Source of the DNA: Octopus sinensis
Taxonomy: Eukaryota
Length of the DNA stretch: 64,000 nt
Direction: 5' to 3'
NCBI RefSeq assembly: GCF_006345805.1
Contig: NC_043012.1
Coordinates: 55,614,001 to 55,678,000 of the forward strand
Each line of letters begins with the position of its first letter. Positions within the stretch are counted from its first letter, which is position 1. Below the pieces are notes generated by a model, which was not told the DNA's origin, ran no database searches, and was given only the letters and a program-made list of their open reading frames with translations. The position numbers and the translations under genes are program-made. Below are positions 1 through 13,224 of this stretch, piece after piece.

Positions 1-449
1 AAGGCTTTGGTCGGCCCAAGGCTATAGTAGAAGACACTTGCTCAAGGTGCCATGCAGTGGGAATGAACTTGGAACCATGTAATTGGTAAGCAAGCTATTA
101 ATTTTTGTATCATGCATAATCTATGAACTAGAGTGTAGTGTGTGGCATACAAACAAGAGCAGGGGTCAGTGAACCAGGGTAAATTACCCCCAGCGGGATA
201 GCCATGATATTCTTGGGGTTAATGAGGACTTATTAAACATAAGTAAAATTATATAAAAAATATATTTCCTGTTGTCTGTGATTTTCTTCCTTTTGAATCA
301 TGTGAGGTAACATTGGAATAAATAAATATATTTTGAGGTAATTGGTTAAAAAGTTCCCCCGGACCCTGAACTAGAGCATCATAGTATGTAGCACATTAGC
401 TGTAATATGATGTGAACTACGTTAACTATAGTGGTTTGCAGTAGTTGTG

Positions 450-483
<34 letters not shown>

Positions 484-593
484 CGGTGGCTGTGGTGGTG
501 ATGGTGGTAGTAGTAGTAGTGGTGGTGGTGGTAGTGGAGGTGGTGGTGGTGGTGGTGGTGGTGGTGGTAGTAGTAGTGGTAGTAGTAGTAGTG

Positions 594-630
<37 letters not shown>
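450..630. repeat. (GTA)n/(GTG)n trinucleotide microsatellite
   Basis: Directly visible. Confidence 0.95.
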
Positions 631-631
<1 letters not shown>

Positions 632-1033
632 CAGTCCTGATCAAGTAGACCAATGATGGAAGGTTTTCCAGCCATGACCATCTAAATTTCTCTTTTTTTT
701 TTTACGTATGTGCAGAAAACTCAGGACCACAACACTATCTAATGTGTCCTTTGACTTTTTTAAGGCAGGAAAGAGCATCATTATTTGAGAGGTTTGGCTG
801 TTATTTCTAGCATGTTGGTTAACCACATAGATGCTCCATTGCTGCCGCGTAAAGGTGGCACAATCTTTAAGAAGTTGGTGATTTTAGGCAAAACCCCTTC
901 AGGAATGTTATGTATCATGGTATTTAGGGAAGAGATGGGTAATATACATCTGCTTCTGATAAATTAGAGGATTAGTTTCAGGTTTTAGGTCATGGTTTAT
1001 TTTAAGCAATGAGAAAATAAAGTATTTTGTAAT

Positions 1034-1061
1034 ATATATACATATATATATATATATATAC

Positions 1062-1125
<64 letters not shown>

Positions 1126-1252
1126 CATACATACATACATACTATATATATATATATATCTATATATATATACATGTATATAAATATATATATATTCATA
1201 TATAGATATTCATATATATATTCATATATATACATATATATATATAATACAT

Positions 1253-1288
<36 letters not shown>

Positions 1289-1341
1289 CATACATACATA
1301 CATACATACATACATAGATACATATATATATGTAATATATA

Positions 1342-1392
<51 letters not shown>

Positions 1393-1472
1393 TAATATAT
1401 ATACATACACATATATTATATGTATAATATAATTTATTATACATATATAATATCATGTGTGTGTGTGTGTGT
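1034..1472. repeat. (TA)n-rich compound microsatellite; similar tracts at 4666-5275, 6940-7200, 8195-8610, 10940-11100, 29965-30532, 30717-31080
   Basis: Directly visible; source of the YI/CV/HT-rich pseudo-ORFs. Confidence 0.95.
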
Positions 1473-1713
1473 ATGATAGTAAATAATAAATAAACGAGTA
1501 CCTGCCCACAGGGATTCTAAAGTAGGTTTGTATGAGGTGCTGTTTCCATGGTAACTTAGAGACTAATTGCAAGAATTCTTGGAACTTTGCCAGTTTTGTA
1601 CAAGAAATACATAAATACATGTTATTTGTCAAAGGCTGGAAGAAGTTTTTTTTCTCTTTTTTTTTTTTTCTGGATGTAAAAGAGGGAAGTGTTTGAGGAA
1701 TTTATAGTATTTT

Positions 1714-2361
1714 GACGGCGGTGGCGGCGGCGGTGGTGGTGGTGGTGGTGGTGGTGGTGGTGGTGGTGGTGGTGGTGGTGGTTCTTGTTGTTGCAACAGT
1801 TGTATCGGTGGTAGCTGCGATGGTTGTGGCATTGGTAATAATGGCAGTGGTGTTGTTTGTGGTGATACTATTAATAGTGGTGGTGGTTGTGGTGGTGGTG
1901 GTGGAAGTGGTGGCGGTGGCGGCGGCGGCAGGTGGAGGTTGTGGTGGTGGTAGTGGTGGTGGTGGGGTGGGTGATAGTAGTGGTGGTGGCGGCGGCGGCG
2001 GTGGTGGTGGTGGTGGTTGTGGCGGTGGTGGTGGTGTTGGAGGCTAAGGCAGTGGCTGTTGTTGTTGAAGGTGGTGGTGGAGGAGGCTAAGGCAGTGGCT
2101 GTTGTTGTTGGTGGTTGTGGTGGTGGTGGTGGAGGAGGAGGAGGAGAAGGTGCCGGTGGCAGTGGTGGTCATGGTCATCACTGTTGTCATCATCGTGTTG
2201 GTGGGGTTGTTGATGGTGGCAGTGGTAGTGATGGTGGTGGTGGTGGTGGTGGTGATGGCAGTGGTAGTGGTTGGTAGGGGTTGGGGTGATGATCATAGTA
2301 GTGGCTGCTGCTCTTGGTGGAGATGGTCATGGTGATATTCGTAATTATAGTGGTGGTGGTG
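1714..2361. repeat. Degenerate (GGT)n low-complexity tract
   Basis: Directly visible. Confidence 0.9.
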
Positions 2362-3059
2362 AGAAGTCTGGTTGAGGTGTAGGCTGTGGTAATGGCAGTT
2401 CTTTATCTGTTTGAACTATTCCTCAAGACTCCCACGGCGTTGAAAGAGAAATATAGATTAAAGTTTGTACTTCCAGGTGAGATACAGGTGAGGTTGTTAA
2501 CTGGGGCTGAGCGAAGAACACAGCTTACTTAGCTTTAAATCAGTGGTTCTCAACCAGGGCCCACATGGCTCTTGCGGGTCCACATAAGATTTTGTTGTTA
2601 AAATTTATCTGCAATAAACAAAGGTTTTACTTCTGAAACTTACAAAGTATTTTAATTCTTTTTAATTAGCAATAGAATTTCAATTACAATTTAAGTATTT
2701 TAATTAGGAAGACAATCCCTAATAATGTTTTTCTTTTATTCTTTTATTTGCTTCAGTCATTTGACTGCAGCCATGCTGGAGCACTGCCTTAAAGGTTTTG
2801 TTTTAGTTGAACAAATCGACCCCAGGACTTATTCTTTGTAAGTGTAGTACTTATGCTATTAGTCTCTTTTGTCGAACGGCTAAGTTACAGGCACATAAAC
2901 ACATCCATCAGGTTATCAAGTGATGGTGTGGGCATAAACACAGGCACACACACATAAATACATGCATGCATACATACATACATACATAAATAAATGTATA
3001 TAATTCTATATATATATATATATAATATATATAAGTATGTATATGTAATTATATTATAT

Positions 3060-3120
<61 letters not shown>

Positions 3121-3393
3121 TATATATACTGCTAGACTGGCTCCTGTGCAGGTGGCACATAAGAAGCACCATTTGAGCATCGCTGTTGCCAGTACCATCT
3201 GCCCAGCCCTCATGCTGGTGGCACATAAAAGCACCCACTACACTCTTGGAGTGGTTGGTGTTAGGAAGGGCATCCAGCTGTAGAAACTCTGCCAGATCAG
3301 ATTGAAGTCTGGTGCAACCATCTGATTCACCAGACCTCAGACAAATGCCCATCCTATGCTATAATGTATGTTAAACGATGATGATGATGATGT

Positions 3394-3424
<31 letters not shown>

Positions 3425-3461
3425 TATAAATATATGAAACAATGGAGTTGAACGACGAATT

Positions 3462-3575
3462 AACAAAATTCCTTTATTTTCGACATATGTTTCGAAGGCT
3501 ACATATTCCTAATTGCGAAGGAATAAGGAGTACATTATGCCGCTTTCTCATCAGGAAAAGCAAGGAACTTATGTC
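3462..3575 (-). ncRNA. Minimal type I hammerhead ribozyme (Penelope-like element associated)
   Basis: ttttc-CTGATGA-gaaagc...gccttc-GAAA-c-atat-g-TC-gaaaa: full core, stems I and II, palindromic short helix III, GUC site. Confidence 0.8.
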
Positions 3576-3945
3576 AACATCAAAATGCACAAAAAACATT
3601 TTGATGATTGCTCACACGGAGCCCATAGCGATAATGAGTGTCTCTTTAAAATATTCCTTTATAAGGAGTGACGTCAAAATGGTTGGATGTAGAAGATTCT
3701 AGAAAGTTCTAATGGTTCAAGGGTTCAAACGAAGTTGGAGGAGAGAGGCATAAGAATAGGAAGGTGAAAGGGTGCAGGTCATATCTATGACCTGCACCCT
3801 TTAACTTCATTTAACAAAACTAAAAATTTTATTGAAATAAAGGCATGCTTAATTATTTTTTAATGCAAAGAAAACACTGATTGCTTTTTATTCAGCAGAT
3901 ATAATTCAGCACCATCCATTGGACGGGGGGGGGGGCGTTTTGCTC

Positions 3946-3978
<33 letters not shown>

Positions 3979-4113
3979 TGTTAGGAAGGGCATCCAGCCG
4001 TAGAAACATTGCCAAATCAGACTGGGCCTGGTGCAGCCTTCTGGCTTCCCAGACCCCAGTTGAACCGTCCAACCCATGCTAGCATGGAAAGTGGACGCTA
4101 AACGATGATAATG

Positions 4114-4148
<35 letters not shown>

Positions 4149-4703
4149 TTGGTAGATAGATGGATATATTGGTAGATATAGAAGTATATATATATATGTG
4201 TGTGTGTGTATATAAAACCATATACACACACAAATATACACATGCATACATAGTCATACACAAAGAACCCCCCCCCCACACACACACATACACACACACC
4301 ACTCACATACCCACACGCACAAATCAAAAGGTCTATAATTTCCCTTAAGCCACAAAATATCTTTCCATCCTTTAACATCTGTTCAGCTTGATAGTTATTC
4401 ATTCTGGTAAACATCTCCACAGCTTGGCGCTGATCCAAAAAAAGAACTGCTTGTAACCAAGCATGGAAATCTATCTACTTTCACATGTCTGAGATTCCAT
4501 TACCATGAACAGTGATGTATATAGGTTTGCTATTTCATTTTCCAACGTTCCTTCGTGTCATACGAAATAGTTTAGAATGTAGTGACCAATAATATACGAA
4601 GAAGTTCGTTATTGAGTTCACTGAGTCACTGGTGTAGATAAATCAAACCCCTAGTGAATTATGCATATATATATATATTATATATATGTAAATATATATG
4701 TAA

Positions 4704-4734
<31 letters not shown>

Positions 4735-4756
4735 AATTATATATATTATATACGTG

Positions 4757-4858
<102 letters not shown>

Positions 4859-4936
4859 ATATATATCTGTATATATATATATATGTGTGTATGTATATAT
4901 ATGTTCATATATATATATATAATTATGTATATGTAC

Positions 4937-4975
<39 letters not shown>

Positions 4976-5097
4976 TGCACACAAACACACATACACATAT
5001 ATATAATCATATAAAATTTCTGTGTATATGTATACACACACACACACACACACGAACACACATGTATATGTATATGTGTATATATGCCTGTGTGTGT

Positions 5098-5143
<46 letters not shown>

Positions 5144-5652
5144 CAAAAGATAGATAGATAGAAAGATAAATATATATGTATATGGCTTAAATTCTAGTTT
5201 ACTACATATATACATTCTTGTGTGTGTGTTGTGTGTGTTGTGTGTGTGTGTGTGCATATATATCTATGTATATATAAGTAAAAATTGAAGGACAGGTGTC
5301 AGTGGAATGTCCTTAATTGTAAAGTTCATGCATTCATCTGAGGAAACCGGTTTCTTTAGGTGTTGTTAAAAATGGCTGTAATGAATTGACACCTATCCTT
5401 CAATTATTACTTATTTATACTTTATTCACCTACCTTGGACTGTATATTTAATCAAATGTACATGTCTGAATAGCTTAAGAGTTGGTTGCATACTCAGCTG
5501 GGTCAAATTGCCCACATGCACTTGAAAGAATATCATTCTGCTGGTACTTCTGTACCAAAGTTGTTGATATATACATAATATTGTTGTGTCTGTATATTAT
5601 TCTGACCTAACAAGGTGCCTCAACTTAAGTACCTAATTTAATTGAATTTTAT

Positions 5653-5653
<1 letters not shown>

Positions 5654-5684
<31 letters not shown>

Positions 5685-5910
5685 TTAGCGTCCGCTTTCC
5701 ATGCTAGCATGGGTTGGACGGTTCAACTGGGGTCTGGGAAGCCTGAATGCTGCACCAGGCCCAGTCTGATCTGGCAGTGTTTCTACGGCTGGATGCCCTT
5801 CCTAACGCCAACCACTCCGTGAGTGTAGTGGGTGCTTTTTACGTGCCACCCGCACTGGTGCCAGACGAGGCTGGCAAATGGCCACGGACGGATGGTGCTT
5901 TTTACGTGCC
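5654..5910 (+). mobile_element. Interspersed repeat with (CAT)n end, SINE/LINE-tail-like; copies at ~3136-3390(-), 3978-4115(-), 7634-7885, 13889-14095, 52070-52338(-), 59640-59919(-), 63613-63790
   Basis: Shared core ttccatgctagcatgggttggacggttc...ggatgcccttcctaacgccaaccac. Confidence 0.85.
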
Positions 5911-6169
5911 ATATATATACATACATATATATATATATAATATATATTATATATATTATATATATATATATAATATATATTGAGAACTAATGGAAATGGC
6001 TGTAAGAAGTAAAGATTACAATTTGTTAACAATAAATAATTATCAACTTTCAACTCTCCATTTTCTTTTCTCATTTTACTCTATATATGTATACATGTAT
6101 ATATATAATTTATATATGTGTGTGTGTGTGTGTGTGGTGTGGTGTGTGTGTGCATGTGTGTATGTATAT

Positions 6170-6207
<38 letters not shown>

Positions 6208-7079
6208 TGTTAGATAGATAGATAGATAGATAGATTGATAGATGTAGGCGCGGGCATGGCTGTGTGGTTTGGGAGCTTGCTTCCTAGCTACATGGTTTCG
6301 GGTTCAGTCCCACTGCGTGGCACTTTGGGTACGTGTCTTCCACTATAGCCCCGAGCCGACCGGAGCTTTGTGATTGAATTCGGTAGGTGGAAGTTACTGC
6401 CGTGTGTGTATGAGTGCATATAGCTGCTCAGTGCCTCTCCGAAAGAGAGAGAGAGGGATATAGATATGTATATATATATATATGGGTGTGTGTGTGTGTG
6501 TATATATATATGTATATATAAATAATACCAAAAGATTTCCATTTTCATATTGTAATATGTATATTATATGTAAGAATATATATATATATTCCAAGAAAGT
6601 TAGAGGTTGTGAATCCAACCAACTAAGGGATAATCTCTCTCCAATATACTGCTGGTAGAATGCCCAATTATTAATACACAAGATATTTTCCCAATTTCTA
6701 TTTCTGTATGTTATATATTTTAATAATTACTGGTATCTTTATATATCTTATATGTAAACCATAATATGTTATACATGTATGTATATTATTGTAATTGTCA
6801 TTTTAGTAAATAAATAAACAAGTTGAGATAATATAATGTCTAAAAGTTGATGAACCACCTATTGATCCCCTCCAATTTTCTTAATGTTTATATATACATA
6901 TCTTGTGAAGTCAAGGCATGGAGACAGTAAAAGACTTATACACACACACACATACACATAGATGTACATAGACATGTGTATATATACATATACATATATA
7001 TATATATATATATATAATTTATGTGTGTGTGTGTGTGTATATATATGTATATATATATTATATATATGTATATATATAC

Positions 7080-7121
<42 letters not shown>

Positions 7122-7511
7122 TATATATATGTATATATATATATTATATATATATATATAATATATATATATTATATATATATATATAATATATATATAA
7201 CCTTTGACTCTACAACACTGTGTATAAATTCTGTACTTGGAATGACCAATTTTAAATACTGTTGGATCTTACTCATAAGGTGTTAAAATCTTACATTGTG
7301 TATAAACACTATACTTGGAATGACCAAGTTTAAATACTGTTGGATCTCACTCATAAGGTATTGTAATCTTACATATATACCATTCTGCCTAAAAAATGGA
7401 TCTACAACTTCAATATCCCTACATATCTCACATCTATTTTCTTTCCTCCACCTCACTCTCTATTTTGTATCCTATCTAAACTATCTATTACTTAACCATC
7501 TTCTCACACCA

Positions 7512-7561
7512 TCTCCGATGAAGGGATATAATTAATAAATATCCTGGAAACAGCTGTAAGA
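7512..7561 (+). ncRNA. Decayed minimal hammerhead motif
   Basis: tct-CCGATGA-agggatat..atatcctg-GAAA-cagctg-TA-aga; U4C core change and mismatched first pair of stem II. Confidence 0.55.
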
Positions 7562-8227
7562 CCTTCTATCTATAAATGTTCTAATATCTACACAGCCTTG
7601 GTGTTTATATCATTACGCAAAAAATTCTTATATATCATCATCATCATCAACATCGTTTAACGTCCGTTCTTCATGCTAGCATGGGTTGGACGGTTCGACC
7701 GGGGATCTGGGAAGCCAGAAGGCTACACCAGGCTCCAGTCTTATCTGGCAATGTTTCTACAGCTGGATGCCCTTCCTAACGCCAACCACTCCGTGAGTGT
7801 AGTGGGTGCTTTTTATGTGCCACCTGCACAGGTGCCAGGCAGCGCTGGCATCAGCCACAAGTCGAATAGTGCTTTTTACGTACCAATATATATATATATA
7901 TATATATACATATATAATATATATATACATATATAAATGAGGGTGAAAAATTGATATTAATTTAATAATACCATTAATTTAACACCGAGTGGCTTAGCAC
8001 AAAAAACTATGGAGAAAAAACAAATTTATACATAAATTATTAGAGAGTTAACCACTATGTGGATAGACCCCAAAACCTGTTGGCCTAAGACCTCTTCAAA
8101 GGATAATCCCATAAACTGGCCCTCCCCATCTGTAATGTATACTGCTCTACATCTTAGAGTGTACGTCTTCTCCAGATTTATGTTTTCTACAAACAATATA
8201 TATATATATATTATATATTATATATAT

Positions 8228-8278
<51 letters not shown>

Positions 8279-8282
8279 CATA

Positions 8283-8321
<39 letters not shown>

Positions 8322-8354
8322 GTGTCTATATATATATATAATATATATATATAG

Positions 8355-8409
<55 letters not shown>

Positions 8410-8466
8410 TAGATAGATAGATAGATAAATAGGTGGGTAGATAGATAGATAGATAGATAGATAGAC

Positions 8467-8504
<38 letters not shown>

Positions 8505-8542
8505 ATAGGTGGGTAGATAGATAGATAGATAGATAGATAGAC

Positions 8543-8588
<46 letters not shown>

Positions 8589-9088
8589 CAGAGAGATATA
8601 GATGGATATATACAACATTCTTCACTTTCCATCTACCAAATCTACTCACAAAGCTTTTGTTAGTCTGTGACTGTAGTAGAAGACATTTTCCCGAGGTGCC
8701 ATGCAGTGGGACTGAATCCCAAACCATGTGGCTGGGAAGCAAACTTATTACCACACAGACTTGTCAATACATGCATACATACATACATGAATACATGAAT
8801 ACACAAACACACACATAAATATATAACTAGGTTGTTGCCTGACGCTATGCTGGCAGTAAAAATATTTGTTAACCATGAATGTACTTTCATAAATTGTTCA
8901 AAGTGAAAGTCTTTTTTTTAGAGTGACTGAAACACACTCACAAACAATAAAAAAACATAACAATATATATATTATATATAAACATATAGCCTCTTTTGAA
9001 GTCAGTATTGTGTTGTATTGACAGACTTGCACTTAAAATACCCACATTTTTAATCAAAACTTGTTAGTTACTATGATGACAACACTTC

Positions 9089-9148
<60 letters not shown>

Positions 9149-9769
9149 AACACACAATACACAAACAAACCCTCTCTCTCTCTCACACACACACTCACTC
9201 ACTGTACTTCTCTCTCAAGAACAACTTTTTCTTTTCCCCTTCTTCTAAAGACATGTTGTGATGTATATTTTAATTCCTACCCTTCATTTCTTCCTCATAC
9301 TAGATGTGACAAGCAAACCAAAATCAACTTCTCTTTTACAACATAAGATTAATACTGACAGAAGCATTTTTAATACCAAAAGATTATATTTATTCCTGCT
9401 TTAAAGTGGTAATAAGGAATACTGCATTATTTAACAAGAGAGAACCTCTCATATGGATTTGTGCATATAATCACTCTTGCTTATATCACTAGCAGGAGAT
9501 AATCATCTGCTATCGCTGCTGGGACTACCAGATCAGTCCCCTTTTATATAAATATATATATATATATAGGTTATAAGAGGTAATGGTATCATTGAGACCC
9601 AAAGGTGTCAGGTAATGCTGAATAAGTGCTATAGACAGACCATAGTTAAGTTCCAGGTTCAGTAATTTTGTGAATAAGGGGTTCAACGTTGGTCATATGT
9701 CAGCGTGTGTATATAAGAATTTTTTGCGTAATGAGATAAAAAAAACCAAGGCTATGTATATATATATAT

Positions 9770-10050
9770 AACTTATAAATAAGGGCTAAAGGAAATTATT
9801 TCTATGCCAATATGCTGATAACAGACTTTTAAATCGCCAATTTCCACATATTATTTACTCGCTACAGAAAACACGAAGAGCTGAAATCGAGAAAAGCCAG
9901 CCAATAGAATTTTTTTTTTTAAAGTTTGTTATTTCTATATTCTTCGTGTTTTCTGTAGCAAGTAAATAATATGTGGAAATTGACGATTTAAAAGTCTGTT
10001 ATCAGCATATTGGCATAAAAATAATGTTCTGTAGCCCTTATTTATAAGTT
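9770..10050. repeat. Inverted repeat, ~110-bp arms (9770-9879 / 9941-10050)
   Basis: Arms are reverse complements with a few mismatches; flanked by (TA)n. Confidence 0.9.
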
Positions 10051-10164
10051 GTTTATAAGTTTAACCATAAAGGTATTTTAATATGCTGCCACAGTTTCTG
10101 ATGAATTTTTTTCTGTAAAAAAACTTCATCCTATATTAGTATATATATATATATTATATATATA

Positions 10165-10195
<31 letters not shown>

Positions 10196-10267
10196 AAGAC
10201 ACACACACACATATATAAATATATACATATAGATATACATATATACATATATATATATATGTATACA

Positions 10268-10299
<32 letters not shown>

Positions 10300-10391
10300 G
10301 TAAAATCATTATAAATAATAGTAGGGAATATAAAATTCCAAACTTACTTATATCACTAGCAGGAGATAATCATCTGCTATCACTGCTGGGA

Positions 10392-10438
10392 CTACCAGAT
10401 CATATGATTTCAGCCTTCTTTGGCCCTGTCAATGACAG
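10392..10438 (-). ncRNA. Decayed minimal hammerhead motif
   Basis: ctgtca-TTGACAG-ggcc aaagaa ggct-GAAA-tcatatga-TC-tggtag; all three stems correctly spaced, CUGANGA box mutated. Confidence 0.4.
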
Positions 10439-11007
10439 ATGCCCAAAGCTATATATCTTTCACTGTCAGTTGAATTACTTAATAGAGGTTATTTCTCTTA
10501 ATTACACCACCCCACACATATATATATATGTATATGTATGTATGTATGTTTGTATTCAGTTGTATCAGCTCCAAGTAGTGTTTAAGCATAAGCAAACTTT
10601 AGGTTAGTTAAAATATGTTTCTGACATATTTCAACTTCTAAAGGCAAATTCGTGGAGATAAAATCCTCTCTTATGGCAAAAGGTAGAAAAGACACCATAT
10701 CTGTCCAGTACCCTCTATTGGATTCCCACATGTAACATTTCTGGATCTGTAGCCTTCCTCAATGGGACATACCGAAGAGAAGTATCTCTGGGTAGATTTA
10801 AAGCTGTAGCTTTAACGAAAAGCAGTCAACAATATTGTTTTACACACACACACACACACACAAATACACTTATATGTAAACCTATACTCTTTTACGCTTA
10901 CATTTTCTTTTAATTGCTTTTGTCATTGGACTGTAGCCATATGTGTGCGTGTGCAAATGTGCACGCATGTGTGTGTGTATATGTGTGTGTTTGTGTGTGT
11001 GTGTGAG

Positions 11008-11049
<42 letters not shown>

Positions 11050-11300
11050 TGTGTGTGTGTTTGTGTGTATGTGTGTGTGTGTGTGTGTGTGTGTATATAC
11101 AAGGAACATCAGCTATTTCAGAACAAAAGTTCTATTAAAGGAAAACACCAATATTTATTAGTAAAATCCAAAAGACACTGATAGAATAGGTACAAGGCTT
11201 ACAAAGAATAAGTCCTGGGGTCGATTTGCTTGACTAAAAGCGGTGCTCCAGCATGGCTGCAATCAAATGACTGAAGCAAGTAAAAGAGTAAAAGAGTATA

Positions 11301-12269
11301 TGAGGTGGTGTCAAAAAGTTTGCAGACTAGTTCTGTAGCATGCTACCAGATGGCAGTGGGAGCTAGCAGTGACCTTCATGAGGCAGTGTGCTGAGTGACA
11401 TCGCTGTGTTTACTTCGCAAGTTGTGAAATTTGTGTTTTTGTGATCGTGTGTTTGGTGTAGTCTGCGATTTTGTCATGGATGGGAACAATGAGACACTGG
11501 GAAATTTTGTGTTAAACTTGGGAAGTCTGCTACAGAGACAATGAGCATGCTTTGACAAGCTTACAGCAATGAGGGAACGGGTCATACAAGATGTTTTGAG
11601 TGGCATGGGTGCTTCAAAAGCAAAAGAATATTCTTGGAAGATGATGAGTGATCTGGAAGAACTGCCACAAGCGTCACCCCAGAAATGTGATGCTCGGAAT
11701 CAAGAATTCATCCCTCCAGGGCCAGACAGTCAATCAAGAGTTTAACTGTGATGTTTTGAAGCATTTGAGGTAGGACATTTGGCTAAAGTGACCAGAACCG
11801 TGGAGTGCAAAGAATTCGATTCTTCACCAAGCTCTCCTCACTCAAAAGCTTTTTGCCAAAAACGACATGGTCACACTCACCCTATTCACTATATTTAGCA
11901 CCAGTGCGATCTCTTCTCCAAGACAAAAATACAGCTCAAAAGGTTGGCGTTTTAACACCATTGTCAAGATCCTGAGTTAATTGCAGAAAGTCTTCGACTC
12001 ACTTATGGAAAACGATTTCCAGCCTGGATTCCAAAAGTGGCAGGAACAATGGGACCAGTGTACTGCTGCACAAGGTGATTATTTCAAAAGAAATGATGTT
12101 AAAGCAGTGGCTGTGTGGTAAGTAGCTTGCTTACCAACCACATGGTTCCGGGTTCAGTCCCACTGCATGGCACCTTGGGCAAATGTTTTTTACTATAGCC
12201 TCGGATTGACCAAAGCCTTGTGAGTGGATTTGGTAGACGGAAACTGAATGAAGCCTGTCATATATATGT

Positions 12270-12301
<32 letters not shown>

Positions 12302-12327
12302 CACATATATATATATGCATATATATA

Positions 12328-12381
<54 letters not shown>

Positions 12382-12623
12382 TTGTGTCTGTTTGTCCCCT
12401 CCCCCCCAACATTGCTTGACAACTGATGCTGGTGTTTTTACATCCCCGTAACTTAGCGGTTCGGCAAAGGAGACTGATAGAATAAGTACTAGGTTTCCAA
12501 AGAATAAGTCCTGGGGGCGATTTGCTTGACTAAAGGCGGTGCTCCAACATGGCCATAGTAACATGACCGAAACAAGTAAAAGAATAAACATAACTAATCC
12601 AGGAATCTTTTTGTACCACCTCA
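11301..12623 (+). mobile_element. Decayed Tc1/mariner DNA transposon interrupted by a SINE
   Basis: TA-flanked TIRs tgaggtggtgtcaaaaag / ctttttgtaccacctca; transposase remnants FVLNL/KLGKSATET, EFIPPG..TVNQEF and PYSLYLAP (cf. YSPDLAP) broken by frameshifts. Confidence 0.85.
12104..12587 (+). mobile_element. tRNA-derived SINE with internal (TA)n; other copies at ~1-100(-), 6245-6400, 8615-8755(-), 25202-25545, 45953-46330, 47118-47280, 58644-58980
   Basis: A box tggctgtgtggt, B box ggttcagtccc, conserved body, many copies. Confidence 0.9.
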
Positions 12624-12828
12624 TATACATGCCAAAAAGCTATTCAGTAGAATTACCATCAGCCTCAATTGCTTCCTTGATATAGCTTTTGAAATGACTA
12701 AATGCATTGATCAGATGATCATAATTCCTGCTTGACATAACGTCCCCATTAGCAGACTATTGGTACTATTGACATGCTCATTGGTCTCCCTCTCGACAAC
12801 ATCCCAGACAGAATACTCTTTTTCTTTT

Positions 12829-13224
12829 TACTCTTTTTACTTGTTTCAGTCATTTGACTGCGGCCATGCAGGAGCACCGCCTTTAGTCGAGCAAATCGAC
12901 CCCGGGACTTATTTTTTGTAAGCCCAGTACTTACACTGTCGGTCTCTTTTGCCAAACCGCTAAGTGACGGGGACGTAAACACACCAGCATCGGTTGTCAA
13001 GCAATGCTAGGGAGACAAACACAGACACAGAAACACATACATATATATATACATATATACGACAGGCTTCTTTCAGTTTCTGTCTACCAAATCCACTCAC
13101 AAGGCATTGGTCGGCCCGGGGCTATAGCAGAAGACACTTGCCCAAGATGCCACGCGGTGGGACTGAACCCGGAACCATGTGGTTGGTAAACAAGCTACTT
13201 ACCACACAGCCACTCCTGCGCCTA
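12829..13224 (-). mobile_element. Full-length copy of the same SINE, inverted relative to 12104-12587
   Basis: Reverse complement of the 12104-12587 element. Confidence 0.9.

Noticed and set aside
426-2335. Poly-Gly/Val/His/Pro ORFs
   Set aside because: Translations of (GTA)n/(GGT)n microsatellites, open in several frames on both strands, with no splice or codon evidence.
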